A stretch of DNA of 48,466 bases from a virus (lineage: Duplodnaviria; Caudoviricetes), in IMG/VR virus record IMGVR_UViG_3300020440_000022, positions 1 to 48,466 of that record. One strand, written 5' to 3'. Shown piece after piece: positions 47,094 to 48,466 of this stretch. The notes beneath the pieces were generated by a model, which did no database searches, was not told the DNA's origin, and saw only the letters and a program-made list of their open reading frames with translations. Made by a program: the position numbers and the translations under genes. Numbering within the stretch: the stretch's first letter is position 1; each line of letters begins with the position of its first letter.

Positions 47094-47931
47094 TTCGTTA
47101 AACTGGGTAAGAGGATTGTCAGCTTATCTTGATTTTGTAAATGATAAAAAGGCAAAAGATTTTATAGATTTTCTAGAACAGTCGTTGTATGCTGAAAACA
47201 GCATTATTGATGATACCAACCAAAAAGGAATGATTGAATTTATCAGTATTTTACGCAAGTTTGCACCAAATGAAATCTTTGATATATTCCACAAATATTA
47301 TAGGTTAAATTATGAACCAACAGCATTGCAGGATGCGTTTAGTAGAGGACAAGTATTAAGTAAAATATGGTTGTCACAGGAACTATCTAAAATAAAACAA
47401 AAAGAGTTTCCAACTATCTTTATTTTAGCAGGATGGTTTGGACAAACAGTAAAGTATCTTGATAGGGCAGGGATAGAATATAAGCGTATAAGAAACTTTG
47501 ATATAGATCCTAATGCTTGTGAAATAAGCGATAAGATTTTTAATATAGATAAGATAGACGGTTTTGTTGTAAAAAGCGTTGAAATGGACATTAATAATCT
47601 TGACAAATTATACAAGACCGGACTAGAGTTTACTATTAAAAATTACTCCAATGGTCACGAACATAAAGAAAAAAGGTTTCCTAGTCTTATTGTAAATACA
47701 AGTGCAGAACATTTTAACGAAGATTGGTATCATAAGTTTGTGTTAAGAAGCCAAGATAGCAATCCTTTATACATAATACAATCGAACAATTTATTTGGTA
47801 TAGAAGAACATGTGAACTGTGTTCATAGTATTGAAGAAATGCAAAAAAAGTTTCCTATGTCTGACATAGAGTATGCTGGTGAAAAAGAACTTTTTGGATA
47901 TAAAAGATTTATGCTGATAGGAAGACCATGA
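47080..47931 (+). CDS. Class I SAM-dependent methyltransferase-like protein
   Basis: IFILAGWFG (motif I-like), RNFDID (acidic end of strand 2), IVNTSAEH. Confidence 0.65.
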   Translation: MNNSNSLNWVRGLSAYLDFVNDKKAKDFIDFLEQSLYAENSIIDDTNQKGMIEFISILRKFAPNEIFDIFHKYYRLNYEPTALQDAFSRGQVLSKIWLSQELSKIKQKEFPTIFILAGWFGQTVKYLDRAGIEYKRIRNFDIDPNACEISDKIFNIDKIDGFVVKSVEMDINNLDKLYKTGLEFTIKNYSNGHEHKEKRFPSLIVNTSAEHFNEDWYHKFVLRSQDSNPLYIIQSNNLFGIEEHVNCVHSIEEMQKKFPMSDIEYAGEKELFGYKRFMLIGRP

Positions 47932-48413
47932 TAATCGAAAAACAGAATTCTACTATTGAATTATTAGACGACTGTGTAGTAAAAACACTCAAGAACAGAA
48001 AAAAATCTTACGAGTGGTATGAAGCATACAAGAAGTTTTCTCACGGAAAAGATAGTTATGTAAAAATATTAGAATTTGAACCTACAAGACTTGTTATGGA
48101 AAAGATCAAAATTTGGCAGCCGGTAAATTATTATTTAAAAAAATTAACACATGATAGACAGCTAAATTTGCAAATTGCTAAAACATACACAACCGTAATT
48201 CTTGATTGTTTTAACTTTAATACAAACGATAGATACAAATATTGGGCACATGATGACTTGACTATAGATAATTTTGTAATCACTAAAGACAAAAATATAA
48301 TCTTGATGGATCCTGATAGTTTTCATTTTACCAAATACATGATAGATTACAAGTATAGTTTTGGATATATCGAATTGCAAAATTTGATAACAAGGAATGA
48401 GTATGAAAAGTAA
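47928..48413 (+). CDS. Small kinase-like protein (protein kinase / APH-like fold)
   Basis: VVK, LVMEKI, HDDLTIDN (HxDxxxxN catalytic loop), LMDPD. Confidence 0.6.
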   Translation: MIIEKQNSTIELLDDCVVKTLKNRKKSYEWYEAYKKFSHGKDSYVKILEFEPTRLVMEKIKIWQPVNYYLKKLTHDRQLNLQIAKTYTTVILDCFNFNTNDRYKYWAHDDLTIDNFVITKDKNIILMDPDSFHFTKYMIDYKYSFGYIELQNLITRNEYEK

Positions 48414-48466
48414 AAAAACAGTAGCAGTAATAGGCTGTAGTTTTAGTAAATGGCACAACTCTTCAG
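48403..48466 (+). CDS. Start of an SGNH-hydrolase-like ORF (truncated by window end)
   Basis: MKSKKTVAVIGCSFSKWHNSS; GCSF after a hydrophobic strand resembles the GDSL block I. Only 21 codons visible. Confidence 0.45.
   Translation, partial: MKSKKTVAVIGCSFSKWHNSS

Noticed and set aside
9357-48458. Many 60-232 aa antisense or alternate-frame ORFs inside structural and enzyme genes (e.g. 9357..9821, 35615..36058, 37977..38675, 46628..47155)
   Set aside because: Nested in or opposite well-supported genes, without RBS or motifs; expected from codon bias.
1-48466. Stop-codon reassignment, as in some jumbo phages
   Set aside because: Coding density is near complete in the standard code and TAA, TAG and TGA all end genes at sensible boundaries.

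Overview
AT-rich fragment of a large T4-superfamily (jumbo-type) myophage genome, read in the standard bacterial code. From left to right it carries: a 3'-truncated tape-measure-like gene on the minus strand (absent from the ORF track); a gp26-like hub assembly gene whose end overlaps a T TTT TTC slippery site that would fuse it by -1 frameshift to a 59-aa gp51-like ORF; a divergent pair of unknown genes; a roughly 400-nt GC-rich, highly structured non-coding region directly downstream of a GIY-YIG nuclease gene; a small TMEM65-like membrane protein; gp46/gp47 (Rad50/Mre11-like) and a gp55-like late sigma factor; a baseplate and fibre module (tube initiator, gp53, hub, gp5, gp25, gp6, a 5290-aa giant protein, three paralogous fibres); and a modification cluster (four glycosyltransferase-like genes, radical SAM, methyltransferase, kinase-like, SGNH-like). 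Both sigma70-type and T4-late-type (ATAAATA) promoters are visible. The best candidates for new biology are the pseudoknotted RNA paired with the GIY-YIG gene, the -1 frameshift, the TMEM65-like gene and the glycosylation cluster. All protein calls rest on motif recognition by eye; no searches were run.
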